Below are positions 10,466-20,344 of a DNA stretch of 64,000 bases, one piece after another. Position numbers and translations under genes: made by a program. The DNA lies in contig PEAD01000005.1 in NCBI GenBank assembly GCA_002753335.1, positions 1-64,000 of the forward strand. Reading direction: 5' to 3'. Positions within the stretch are counted from its first letter, which is position 1. Every line of letters begins with the position of its first letter. Origin of the DNA: Nitrospirae bacterium MYbin3 (GTDB taxonomy: Bacteria; Nitrospirota; Thermodesulfovibrionia; Thermodesulfovibrionales; Dissulfurispiraceae). The notes under the pieces were generated by a model. The model was given only the letters and a program-made list of their open reading frames with translations. It ran no database searches and was not told the DNA's origin.

Positions 10466-11235
10466 TTAAATAACCACGCCGAAAGAAAATAGTCCGAAAT
10501 TAATATCGTCATAGAAGATAAAACAACAGCGCTTGTGGTAGCCTTGCCAACTCCTTCTGCTCCGCCTTCAGAATAAAATCCCCTGTAACAGCTTATCATC
10601 GCTATGCAGCCCCCGAAAAAGCATGCCTTCAGTATGCCGTAATAAATATCATCCATTTTTAAATAGTCCCATGTGCGCTTCCAGTATGTGGTGGAGCTGG
10701 TTCCGAACAGACCTACAGTTACAGAATATCCGCCTAGAATGCCGACAATGTCTGTTACCACAGCTAAAGCCGGCAGCATTATCATACCGGCTATGAATCT
10801 CGGCACTATAAGATATTTGACAGGATTAGCGGCCAAAGTTTCGAGGGCATCTATCTGCTCCGTAACACGCATCGTGCCTAGTTCTGCCGCCATCGCTGCT
10901 CCCGCCCGCCCTGCAACTATGAGTCCTGTAAGCACCGGCCCCAGCTCTCTCGTCATAGAAAGAGCCACAACAGAAGCCACCATAGACTCGGCCCCGAACC
11001 TTTTAAAACCTGTATAACTTTGCAGTGCAAGCACCATACCGGTAAACACCGCAGTAATCAAAACAACAGGCAGCGATTTTATGCCCACCTCTATCATCTG
11101 CTTGAAAATACTCTTGGCTTCAAACGGAGGAATAAAGATCAGCCTCGTTGTATTGCCCAAAAGCAGAAGCACTCTTCCAAGCTCCTCTGTGAATTTGATT
11201 ATATAAGCGCCGAGCAGTTCGATAAATCTAACCAT
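10462..11235 (-). CDS. mlaE: Mla-type ABC transporter permease
   Basis: RELGPVLTGLIVAGRAGAAMAAELGTMRVTEQIDAL; start moved to MVRFIE. Confidence 0.92.
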   Translation of the reverse strand: MVRFIELLGAYIIKFTEELGRVLLLLGNTTRLIFIPPFEAKSIFKQMIEVGIKSLPVVLITAVFTGMVLALQSYTGFKRFGAESMVASVVALSMTRELGPVLTGLIVAGRAGAAMAAELGTMRVTEQIDALETLAANPVKYLIVPRFIAGMIMLPALAVVTDIVGILGGYSVTVGLFGTSSTTYWKRTWDYLKMDDIYYGILKACFFGGCIAMISCYRGFYSEGGAEGVGKATTSAVVLSSMTILISDYFLSAWLFK

Positions 11236-12334
11236 TTGTATAAACCCTCCGCGCAGACCTGCCAAGAGAAGTCAGTATCTCGTATGGAATTGTATCTGCC
11301 CATAAAGCGCTCTCGGCGGCATCTATAGATTCCTCGCCCTGCCTACCTATCAGCACCGCCTCATCGCCTTCACTTGATTCATGGCAGTCGGTCAGATCCA
11401 GCATCGTAAGGTCCATACAGACCCTGCCCACCACAGGCACCCTCAGGCCTCTAACAAGCACCTCTGCATTGTTAGAAAACCTGCGGCTAAAACCATCGGC
11501 ATACCCTGCCGATATAACTCCGATAACGCTTTCCCTTTTTGTTATAAAAGTCCTGCCATAGCTTATCGGAGTTCCTGCAGCCAGTTTCCTTAAAGATAAA
11601 ATTTTCGATTTAACCGTCATCACAGGTTCAAGCTCATTTTTTTGTGATGCTCTATTTTTAATGGGGGAGCATCCGTAAAGCATCAGTCCCGGACGAACAG
11701 CGTCAAAGTAAGATTCAGGCAGATTCAGAACCGCCGCGCTGTTGGCAATGTGGTAGGTCTTTATTTTAAGGCCTTTCTCATAAAGCCTATTTTTAAGAGT
11801 TGCGAATCTGTCTATCTGTAAACGTGCGAATGAACCATCAGCAAGGTCCGCCTCAGAAAAGTGGCTCATAACTCCGGATATCGAGATATTTTCTATTTCT
11901 GCGATTTTTAAAATTGTATCAGCAGCATTGCCGGTAAGCCCAAGCCTGCCCATTCCTGTATCAACTTTGATATGAAGCGCGAGATTTAGTCCTCTTTTCA
12001 AAGCCTCTTTCGAAAGAATTTCTGCCCTATTAAAATCCGAAATCACAGGGGTCAGTCTATACTCGAAAATATCAATCGGGTCTGAATCAAACAGGCTGAG
12101 TATTGGTTTAGTTATTCCGGCTTCTCTAAGGGCAATGCCTTCATCGGTGAATGCTACAGCAACATAGCCCGCCCCGCATTCAATAAGTTTTTTAGAAACC
12201 TCAACAGCGCCGTGACCATAAGCATCCGCTTTGACAACAGCTATAACATCTGTGTCTCCGCAAAGCCTTTTAACCGTCATGAAGTTGCAGGCTAAGGCGT
12301 TAAGGTCAATCTCGGCCGAAGTGCCTCTGTGCAT
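11228..12334 (-). CDS. alr: Alanine racemase
   Basis: AVVKADAYGHG, KVDTGMGRLG, GRVCMD. Confidence 0.96.
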   Translation of the reverse strand: MHRGTSAEIDLNALACNFMTVKRLCGDTDVIAVVKADAYGHGAVEVSKKLIECGAGYVAVAFTDEGIALREAGITKPILSLFDSDPIDIFEYRLTPVISDFNRAEILSKEALKRGLNLALHIKVDTGMGRLGLTGNAADTILKIAEIENISISGVMSHFSEADLADGSFARLQIDRFATLKNRLYEKGLKIKTYHIANSAAVLNLPESYFDAVRPGLMLYGCSPIKNRASQKNELEPVMTVKSKILSLRKLAAGTPISYGRTFITKRESVIGVISAGYADGFSRRFSNNAEVLVRGLRVPVVGRVCMDLTMLDLTDCHESSEGDEAVLIGRQGEESIDAAESALWADTIPYEILTSLGRSARRVYTNG

Positions 12335-12364
12335 CGAAAAGTTAAAAACCGCTGCCCTGTGGTG

Positions 12365-12571
12365 CTAAGCCTTTTTCTCTTCCTGCGGCTTTTCTGTTTC
12401 TGCAGTTTTATTAGGGGTTACATCTATCTCTTCCGGCTTGCTCATCTCTTTTTTAAAGCTCTTTATCGACTTGCCAACACTGCCCGCTATTTCGGGAAGC
12501 CTCTTTGCCCCAAACATAACAAGTGCAATTACCAGAATCACTATCAACTCAGGCATTCCAAGACCAAACAT
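12365..12571 (-). CDS. tatA: Twin-arginine translocase TatA/E
   Basis: [35 protein letters not shown] upstream. Confidence 0.95.
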   Translation of the reverse strand: MFGLGMPELIVILVIALVMFGAKRLPEIAGSVGKSIKSFKKEMSKPEEIDVTPNKTAETEKPQEEKKA

Positions 12572-12595
12572 AATATTCCTCCTCTTGTTTTTGCG

Positions 12596-13204
12596 TCAGC
12601 TGTTTAAATAAAAGCTTACGCCGATGTTTTTTTCAAAATCCTCAATAGTATTTATATTAACAAATGACCGGCCTGTCGCGTCTTCTTTTCTGATGGTATT
12701 GGCGGGTATAAAGTATGCGTCAATACCCTTAAGAAAATCTGCAATAGATGTCTGGCTATCAAAAATCGCTTTTTCGAACAAAGGAATCAGCTCCTTGCGG
12801 TAAATGCCGAGCAATGGCTCGGGCTTTTCATCCCACAGCGGAATCGCAGCAACTGGCCTCTCTTTCCTGTATTCATCTAATACAAGCTCTATCAGCTCTT
12901 TTTTTATGAACGGCATATCGCAGGCCGCTACAAAAACCCCCTCACCGTCAGCATTCAAGAGGCATGCATGTATTCCGGACATCGGTCCGCGCGACTTCAA
13001 CACATCGCCTATCATCTTTTCACCTAAATACAGATAGGCCTCAGGCATATTAGTGCTTATCATCACCTCTCCGCAGACCTCTCTCAGAATAGAAATGTTT
13101 CTGCTTATAATCGTAGAGCCGCTTATCTCGATAAACCCTTTAAGTTTAGGGAATCTGCTATTTTCACCACCGGCAAGTACAGCCCCTATAATCTCGCAGG
13201 ACAT
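12596..13204 (-). CDS. mobA: Molybdenum cofactor guanylyltransferase
   Basis: LAGGENSRF, GPMSGI, ACDMPF, FVNINT. Confidence 0.9.
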   Translation of the reverse strand: MSCEIIGAVLAGGENSRFPKLKGFIEISGSTIISRNISILREVCGEVMISTNMPEAYLYLGEKMIGDVLKSRGPMSGIHACLLNADGEGVFVAACDMPFIKKELIELVLDEYRKERPVAAIPLWDEKPEPLLGIYRKELIPLFEKAIFDSQTSIADFLKGIDAYFIPANTIRKEDATGRSFVNINTIEDFEKNIGVSFYLNS

Positions 13205-14008
13205 TTACTTTACGATAACTCCGGCGTAGCCGACCACATGAGAGAAATCGCCGTTGACTTCTCCGGAAGTCGCATATTTTACAAGCTTTGCCTCTTTGGC
13301 TCCTAGCGCAAGCGTTGCGTAAAGCATTATGGTTGCAGGCAGTATCCCGCACATAGAAATCCTGTTCTTTGCGACGGTACTGTAAAGCCCCTCAGGATTC
13401 AGATTGAGCATCTCTTTGAGAGCAAGGCCGTCCAGCCGCCGAGCTGCTTCATCCGAAACATAATGGCTCATATCGGAGCTTGCAACAACTACAACACTAT
13501 GATTTGTCTCTCTGATACACTCAGCAAGGGCCAAGCCTAAAGCCTTACAGTCGCTAAGTTCAGCACGCATAACCGCAATAGGAACTATTTTTACAGAACT
13601 GGAGAAGTGAGCTATAAAAGGAAGCTGAACTTCGAGAGAATGCTCATAAGCATGGGCCTGAGCATTTTCCGAAACCTTAGATGTTTTTGCGAGCAGTTTC
13701 CCCGCAAAATCGGAATCAATTTTAAAGGTCCCTGTCGGCACTTCCCAAGAGCCTGAAGAGATAATCGAAATGTCAGAACCGAGTCCTGTATGGTTCGGCC
13801 CAAGCAGGATAAAAGTTTCTGGAAACTCTATCGAAGAAAATACGGCGCCTGCCACACTGCCTGAATAGATGAGACCTGCATGAGGCGACATAATGCCTAT
13901 CGCCTTTTCTTTTGGGGACTCGTCAACTATGTATTTATTGACCTGCGCCGAGAGCTTTATAGGATTGCCGTCATAAAACTGTCCCGCAACGGCCGGCGGT
14001 CTTTTCAT
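13205..14008 (-). CDS. amrB: AmmeMemoRadiSam system protein B (MEMO1 family)
   Basis: RPPAVAGQFY, PHAGLIYSG, EHSLEVQLPF, SSDMSHY, VVGYA. Confidence 0.9.
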   Translation of the reverse strand: MKRPPAVAGQFYDGNPIKLSAQVNKYIVDESPKEKAIGIMSPHAGLIYSGSVAGAVFSSIEFPETFILLGPNHTGLGSDISIISSGSWEVPTGTFKIDSDFAGKLLAKTSKVSENAQAHAYEHSLEVQLPFIAHFSSSVKIVPIAVMRAELSDCKALGLALAECIRETNHSVVVVASSDMSHYVSDEAARRLDGLALKEMLNLNPEGLYSTVAKNRISMCGILPATIMLYATLALGAKEAKLVKYATSGEVNGDFSHVVGYAGVIVK

Positions 14009-15381
14009 CAGAATACCTCTTCTTCAGCCTCTACGGACTCCATCTCTGTATAGGCCTCAAATCTGGTGTATTTAGCAAGGAAGGTCAGATTAATCCTGTC
14101 GGTTGGCCCGTTTCTCTGTTTTGCCACATCAACTATTATCTTGCTGTCCCTGTGATATCCCATGCCCTTTTGATGAGCTTCATCTTTATACAAAAATATT
14201 ATAACGTCAGCATCCTGCTCAATAGCTCCGGACTCTCTCAGATCAGCTAGAGTAGGCCTCTTTTCACCCCTGTGCTCAACCTGCCTGTTAAGCTGGCTCA
14301 GAGCAATTACAGGAACTTTAAGCTCCTTTGCCAAAGCTTTTAAAGAGCGTGATATGTCAGATATCTCCTGCTCTCTTCGTTCAAAATTACCGCGGCTTCT
14401 CATAAGCTGAAGATAATCTATAACAACAAGGCCTATCCCCTTGTGCTCCTTGCTAAGCCTGCGCGCCTTGGCCCTTATTTCTAAAGAGGTCAAGGCCGAG
14501 GAGTCATCAATAAAAATCGGAGCCTCAACCAGTTTTTGCGCTGCACGCGTGAGCGCAGGCCACTTGTCTTTGCCTATATGACCTTTTCTGACCAGTGAAG
14601 CATCAAGCCTGCTTTCTGATGACAGCATTCTCATAGCAAGCTGTTCCTTAGACATTTCTAGGCTGAATATCGCAACAGGCTCACTCCTCTCTACAGCCAC
14701 ATGCTGTGCAATATTCAGCGCAAAGGCTGTCTTGCCCATTCCGGGCCTGCCGCCGATGATAATCAAATCACCCGGCTGAAAACCTGAGGTAAGAGCATCA
14801 AGGTCAGCAAAGCCTGTAGGCATACCGGTTATATCTTCCTTTTGTTCATGAAGCTTCTCTATTATCTTGATGCTTTCTTTGATCACAGAATTCATAGAGG
14901 CAAAGGCATTTTTATTGCGGCTGTCTGATATCTCAAAGACCATCTTTTCAGCCATATCAACCAGTTCACCTGCATCCCGAGATTCTTCATATACCATAGC
15001 AGCTATGTTGGTGGAAGCCTGTATCAAAGCCCTAAGCACAGCCTTCTCACGCACAATTTTAGCGTGATACCTGACATTGGCTGCTGTTGGCACCATGCTG
15101 GCCAGCTGGGAGAGATAAGATATGCCGCCAACAGCCTCAAGCTCGTTCGTCTTTTTAAGATGGTCGGTAAGAGTTATGATATCAACAGGCTCGTTCTTTT
15201 CTGAAAGAGAGCTCATCGCTCCATATATGCGTTTGTGGGCTTCGCGATAAAAATCTATTTCACTGACGATGTCAACGGTTTTAAAAATAGCCTCATTGTC
15301 TAGAAGAATCGCGCCGAGGACAGACTGCTCTGCCTCAAGATTTTGAGGAGGCAGCCTGTCTATTCCGGCTTCAGGTTTCAA
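14008..15381 (-). CDS. dnaB: Replicative DNA helicase
   Basis: PPQNLEAEQSVLG, GRPGMGKT, DYLQLM, DLRESGAIEQDAD; no intein seen. Confidence 0.97.
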   Translation of the reverse strand: MKPEAGIDRLPPQNLEAEQSVLGAILLDNEAIFKTVDIVSEIDFYREAHKRIYGAMSSLSEKNEPVDIITLTDHLKKTNELEAVGGISYLSQLASMVPTAANVRYHAKIVREKAVLRALIQASTNIAAMVYEESRDAGELVDMAEKMVFEISDSRNKNAFASMNSVIKESIKIIEKLHEQKEDITGMPTGFADLDALTSGFQPGDLIIIGGRPGMGKTAFALNIAQHVAVERSEPVAIFSLEMSKEQLAMRMLSSESRLDASLVRKGHIGKDKWPALTRAAQKLVEAPIFIDDSSALTSLEIRAKARRLSKEHKGIGLVVIDYLQLMRSRGNFERREQEISDISRSLKALAKELKVPVIALSQLNRQVEHRGEKRPTLADLRESGAIEQDADVIIFLYKDEAHQKGMGYHRDSKIIVDVAKQRNGPTDRINLTFLAKYTRFEAYTEMESVEAEEEVF

Positions 15382-15400
15382 TTGTACCTCTGTAGAGCGC

Positions 15401-15844
15401 CTATTCGCCGGTTACAACTACATTTAACTGTGCAGAAACACTGGAATGAATCTTTACGGGAATGGTGTAAGCGCCAAGCCTCTTGATAGGTTCGTCAAGC
15501 ACTATCTTCTTTTTGTCTATGTCAACCCCCTGCAGCTTAAGAGCATCCGCTATGTCCATAGATGTGACAGAACCGAACAATTTGTCTTCATCCCCTGCCT
15601 TGGCATTAATTGTGACAGAAAGCGCCGAAATCTTTGAGGCCAAATCTTCAGCGCCTGCCTTGACTTTGCGCGCAGCCTCCAGAATTTTTTTCCTTTCGTG
15701 TTCGAGGGCCTTGATATTTTTTTCGTTTGCCTCAACCGCAAGGTTCTTGGGTATAAGGTAGTTCCTTGCAAATCCGTCTTTTACCGAAACAACTACACCT
15801 GCATCTCCAAGATCTTTTACGTCAGACTTTAGAATGACTTTCAT
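15401..15844 (-). CDS. rplI: 50S ribosomal protein L9
   Basis: MKVIL, VKDGFARNYLIPK, KLFGSVT. Confidence 0.97.
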   Translation of the reverse strand: MKVILKSDVKDLGDAGVVVSVKDGFARNYLIPKNLAVEANEKNIKALEHERKKILEAARKVKAGAEDLASKISALSVTINAKAGDEDKLFGSVTSMDIADALKLQGVDIDKKKIVLDEPIKRLGAYTIPVKIHSSVSAQLNVVVTGE

Positions 15845-15970
15845 ATTGTAAACTTCTCCTTTCGTTTTGTTTAGGTGAATTGATAGTATAACTAAATTGG
15901 CTACAAAATGGGAATATGTTAAATATCAGATTATTAAGCTTTTACATGGCTTTATGTTATATTAAAAAAT

Positions 15971-17515
15971 ATGCCCACACATAAAGAAGAAACCTTAAGC
16001 CGCCTGCTGCTGGAAATACGACACAGTCCTGATTTTCCGGCGATGACCGGAACAATAAGTCTTATCAATAAATTCAAAACAGCAGAAGTCAGCTCGGTCA
16101 GCGAATTCGCCAATATCATTCTGAAAGATTATGCCCTAACCTCAAGGCTACTAAAAATAGTCAACAGCGTGGGATATTCGCAGTTCGGCGAAGTCACTAC
16201 TATTTCAAGGGCTATAATACTGCTCGGTTTTGAAAACGTAAAAAACCTTGCTTTAACACTAATGCTGTTTGAGCAGTTCCAGAAGAGAGATTCAGGAAGC
16301 GAACTGATGAACACACTCATGCAGTCCTATTACAGCGGAATTCTGGCACAAAATATAGTTGGAGAAAGCCAGAATTTTGCAGACCGTGAAGAAGCATTTA
16401 TATGCTCCATGCTTCATGCCTTCGGGAAGATAATGGTGGCTTTTTACCTGCCGAAAAAACTTGATGATATAAAAGCATGCATGACAGAACGCAATGAATC
16501 GGAAGGGTCTGCGGTTCTTACGGTTCTTGGAGTTTCTTACGAAGAAATCGGCATGACAGTGGCTAAAGAGTGGAACCTGCCGAAAAAAATAATGCTGAGC
16601 ATGCACAATCTCAGGGGCAATGAAATAACAAAGAGCCCAAACGAGCAGGAGCGGTTGAACAGTATCGCCACTTTGAGCAATGACATATCTGTAATTCTCG
16701 CATCTAATGGTGAAAAGGCAGACAAGGATGAAAAAATCAAAAAACTTGTGAGCTCCTATTCAGACCACTACAAAAACCTCGGAGAAAAAATTACTGCCAT
16801 TGTTGATACTGCTGTGCAGGATTTGGTGGACTTCTCCTCCACACTGAAAGTTGATATAAAAACAATTCCGTTCAGCACACAGCTTTTTGCATGGTCTCAG
16901 AATATTTCTACGGCTGATGGCGCCGACAGCATATTGCAGACTTCAGACGCACTGGATACGCTCGACAGTCTTTTCGAGGAAGAAAATGTCGAGAATCCTG
17001 AGGCGATATTTACAAACGGCATTCAAGACATAAACCACTCGATAGTCAGCAGCTTTTCACTTAATGATGTGGTGCGAATTGCGATAGAAACCATCTACAG
17101 AGGCATGGGAGCTACCAGCGTTTTGTTTCTGGTAAAAGACACAAAATTGCCTGTTATGAGTATACGCTTTGGCTTCGGCAATGATATCGAAGCACTAAAA
17201 TGCTGGTTTAAAGTCGAGGTGGGAAATAAAAATGATATATTCAATATAGCAATCAACAAGCAGGCTGATTACGTTGTTAAAGACATCAGCGCTCCTGATA
17301 TAATGCGTATGCTTCCTGACTGGTACAAGGGAAAAGTCTCCTCGTCCTCTTTTATCATAATATTGCCGATAATAATCAATGCAAAACCACTCGGGGTGTT
17401 CTATATCGAAGGCGAAAAGAACAGCTTTAAAAATGTGACCAAGGGAATGCTGAACTACCTAAAAATACTCCGGGATCAAACGGTTCTTGCCGTAAAGCAA
17501 AAACAGGGATATTAG
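15971..17515 (+). CDS. HDOD domain protein with C-terminal GAF-like region
   Basis: ILKDYALTSRLLKIVNS, TISRAIILLGF, MLHAFGK, EWNLP. Confidence 0.85.
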   Translation: MPTHKEETLSRLLLEIRHSPDFPAMTGTISLINKFKTAEVSSVSEFANIILKDYALTSRLLKIVNSVGYSQFGEVTTISRAIILLGFENVKNLALTLMLFEQFQKRDSGSELMNTLMQSYYSGILAQNIVGESQNFADREEAFICSMLHAFGKIMVAFYLPKKLDDIKACMTERNESEGSAVLTVLGVSYEEIGMTVAKEWNLPKKIMLSMHNLRGNEITKSPNEQERLNSIATLSNDISVILASNGEKADKDEKIKKLVSSYSDHYKNLGEKITAIVDTAVQDLVDFSSTLKVDIKTIPFSTQLFAWSQNISTADGADSILQTSDALDTLDSLFEEENVENPEAIFTNGIQDINHSIVSSFSLNDVVRIAIETIYRGMGATSVLFLVKDTKLPVMSIRFGFGNDIEALKCWFKVEVGNKNDIFNIAINKQADYVVKDISAPDIMRMLPDWYKGKVSSSSFIIILPIIINAKPLGVFYIEGEKNSFKNVTKGMLNYLKILRDQTVLAVKQKQGY

Positions 17516-17529
17516 CACTCTTCTATTTT

Positions 17530-18000
17530 ATGGACTTCAACTTCTCCTTCGTAGTTAAAGAAGAGATTCTCAGAAACCTTATTAAAACCCACACAAACGT
17601 GCTGATAGTTGGAAAACCCGGCACCGGAAAGACTACAACAGCCCTAAAAATAACAAGAGAAACCGGTGAGGTGTTTTATTACAACGCAAACAGGCACAAT
17701 CCTGACCCATCATTATTAGGTGACTCAGTAAAACTAATAGACAACATTGACGAGATTAAATGCATGGCATCCGAAAATCATGTTATCATAGCCGACGATA
17801 TAAACAGCGCCGGGGCAGAAGACCAGGAAAAACTGCTGAAACTGATTAAAAATAAAGAAAACAGCTACAAAAAAATAGTGATTGCGAACTTTCTTGTTGA
17901 ACTGAAGCCGTTTCTTTCTTCAGTTGATGTTGTGGTCAGATTTAAAACCGATACGGCGCAGATGGTATTTACCGAGGTAGTTGATTTGGAGAAAATTTAA
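17530..18000 (+). CDS. Small P-loop NTPase (AAA-like)
   Basis: Walker A GKPGTGKT, Walker B-like VIIADD; only 156 aa. Confidence 0.7.
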   Translation: MDFNFSFVVKEEILRNLIKTHTNVLIVGKPGTGKTTTALKITRETGEVFYYNANRHNPDPSLLGDSVKLIDNIDEIKCMASENHVIIADDINSAGAEDQEKLLKLIKNKENSYKKIVIANFLVELKPFLSSVDVVVRFKTDTAQMVFTEVVDLEKI

Positions 18001-18002
18001 TT

Positions 18003-20264
18003 ATGACATATAAAACACACAGCTTATTTCTGCCGGTAGTATTTGCCGTTTCGCTCTTTATGAGCGCCAGTCTGCTTTTTATTGTTGAGCCGATGATCGC
18101 AAAGATGATACTTCCGATTCTCGGCGGCACTCCTGCAGTCTGGAATACCTGCATGATGTTCTTTCAGGCTGCGCTTCTTGCGGGCTACGCATATGCCCAT
18201 TTGATAAGCGAAAGATTGAGTTTCGGCAGACAGGTTGCAGTCCACATTGCGATCCTTTTAATAGCCTGCATATTCCTGCCGGTAGGCATTTCAAAGGCAT
18301 GGATACGGTTTGATGTAAGCCCTATCTGGATGGTTGTCAGCCTTCTTTTTATGTCGGTAAGTCTGCCTTTCTTTGTCCTATCTTCTAGCGCTCCGCTTTT
18401 GCAGAGATGGTTTGCAGCTACAGGACATGAAAGCGCTAACGACCCATATTTTCTTTACAGCGCAAGCAATCTCGGAAGCATGTTGGCGCTTTTGGCGTAT
18501 CCAACAATTATAGAGCCAAAACTTTCATTAGGCGGACAGAGCAGTATTTGGACAATCGGATATATATTGTTCGCTTTGCTGACCGGCCTCTGTGCCTATT
18601 TTGTTAGAAAAAATGCCTGTATTAATGCAGGAATGCCTATCTCTGAAGGCGATTCAGCAATATGTATCGATACCGCCATACCGCCCACAATGATTCAGCG
18701 ATTCAGATGGATAGTCCTCGCATTCATCCCTTCCAGCCTGATGCTCGGCGTTACAACTCACTTTACAACAGACATAGCCTCGATACCGCTTTTTTGGGTC
18801 GTTCCCTTGGCCCTGTATCTGCTTTCTTTCATCATAGTATTCGCGAAGCTTCCGTTTTCTCTGCACAAGATTATGGTAAAACTGCTTCCATTTGGCGTTG
18901 CTACACTGCTTTTCTTGATATTCTCGTACTTGAAACCTCCGATGCTGGCAGTTTTCATGCTGCATCTCGGAACGTTCTTTGCTGTTGCTATGGTTTGTCA
19001 TGGCGAATTGGCCGCAAGCAGGCCTGCCGTAAAATATCTGACCGAGTTTTATCTATTGATGTCTGTCGGAGGAGCACTAGGAGGCGTCTTCAATGCTCTG
19101 GTAGCCCCAATAGTGTTCAAATCTATACTTGAGTACCCTTTAGTGCTTGCGCTTGCAGGTTTGGTTTTACCCTACAGCGCTCTAACCCAAGAGTCTGGTT
19201 TAAAAAAATATTTAGATCTGATCATTCCTGTACTGATAGGTATTCTTGCCTACTGGCTTATGGACAAATGGCCCATCTCAGATTTGGATCTTTCTTTTTT
19301 TGCAAAAACTTTTAATGTAGAAACAGGCACTCTTACTACGACCCTTACATATGGAATCCCGGCACTTCTTTGCTACGCTGTTTCATTTATAAAAAAACCT
19401 GCACGGTTTGGAATTGCTGTTATGGTCTTCGTAGGGGTATGGATAGCGACCGATAAATGGGGCGGCGACATAATTCACAGAGAACGAAGCTTTTTCGGAG
19501 TTCATACCGTCATTAACGATGCTGACGGCAGATTCAGGAGCCTAGTTCATGGAACTACTCTACATGGAAAACAGAGCCGCGATCCGGAATACAGTCAGGA
19601 GCCGTTCACCTATTTTCACAGACAGAGCCCTATCGGACAGGTGTTTACCGAATTCAGCGGCAAAAAAGCAAAGGACCATATCGCGGTAGTCGGACTCGGC
19701 GCCGGAACCCTCGTAATATACGGAGAAACTGGGCAGAAGTTCACTTTTTATGAGATAGACCCTACAGTGAAAAATATAGCGGTCAATCCTGAATATTTCA
19801 CATTCTTCGAAAAAAGCAAACCTGAATGGCAGATAATATTAGGAGACGGAAGACTCAGAATCGAAGAGGCCCAGAGCAAGGCTTACGGCATCATCATCTT
19901 AGATGCATTCAGCTCCGATGCAATACCTGTTCACCTTCTCACAAAAGAAGCTTTAAAGCTTTATCTATCGAAACTCAGGGATGACGGCATTCTGGCTTTT
20001 CAGATAACCAACAAATACGTGTCTCTGGAGCCTGTGCTTCAAAAGCTTGCTAACGATGCAGGTATTACAGCGCTTTTGCAGGAAGACGGCTACGATATGG
20101 CGCTGATGAAATACGGCTCAAAATGGGTTCTTATGGCAAGAAACACCGAGGCCTTTGGCAGGCTTGCACATGACGAACGCTGGAGGAAACTTGAAGGCTT
20201 TGCACCTGCCCGCCTATGGACCGACGATTTTTCTAATGTTTTAAGCTTTTTTAACTGGGAGTAG
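18003..20264 (+). CDS. Fused membrane (MFS-like) / spermidine-synthase-like SAM-dependent protein
   Basis: Many TM helices; HGTTLHG, VVGLGAGT, YEIDP, GDGR, LDAFSSDAIPVHLLT, WTDDFS. Confidence 0.88.
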   Translation: MTYKTHSLFLPVVFAVSLFMSASLLFIVEPMIAKMILPILGGTPAVWNTCMMFFQAALLAGYAYAHLISERLSFGRQVAVHIAILLIACIFLPVGISKAWIRFDVSPIWMVVSLLFMSVSLPFFVLSSSAPLLQRWFAATGHESANDPYFLYSASNLGSMLALLAYPTIIEPKLSLGGQSSIWTIGYILFALLTGLCAYFVRKNACINAGMPISEGDSAICIDTAIPPTMIQRFRWIVLAFIPSSLMLGVTTHFTTDIASIPLFWVVPLALYLLSFIIVFAKLPFSLHKIMVKLLPFGVATLLFLIFSYLKPPMLAVFMLHLGTFFAVAMVCHGELAASRPAVKYLTEFYLLMSVGGALGGVFNALVAPIVFKSILEYPLVLALAGLVLPYSALTQESGLKKYLDLIIPVLIGILAYWLMDKWPISDLDLSFFAKTFNVETGTLTTTLTYGIPALLCYAVSFIKKPARFGIAVMVFVGVWIATDKWGGDIIHRERSFFGVHTVINDADGRFRSLVHGTTLHGKQSRDPEYSQEPFTYFHRQSPIGQVFTEFSGKKAKDHIAVVGLGAGTLVIYGETGQKFTFYEIDPTVKNIAVNPEYFTFFEKSKPEWQIILGDGRLRIEEAQSKAYGIIILDAFSSDAIPVHLLTKEALKLYLSKLRDDGILAFQITNKYVSLEPVLQKLANDAGITALLQEDGYDMALMKYGSKWVLMARNTEAFGRLAHDERWRKLEGFAPARLWTDDFSNVLSFFNWE

Positions 20265-20267
20265 TCC

Positions 20268-20335
20268 CCGATATAAGGCTGAGTCTCTTCCGTTCAGGGC
20301 TGCCCATTCACTCCATAAACCCAGCCTTATATCGG
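20268..20335. repeat. Inverted repeat between convergent genes (possible bidirectional terminator)
   Basis: CCGATATAAGGCTG ... CAGCCTTATATCGG, perfect 14-bp arms with a long spacer. Confidence 0.7.
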
Positions 20336-20344
20336 AATTTCACC

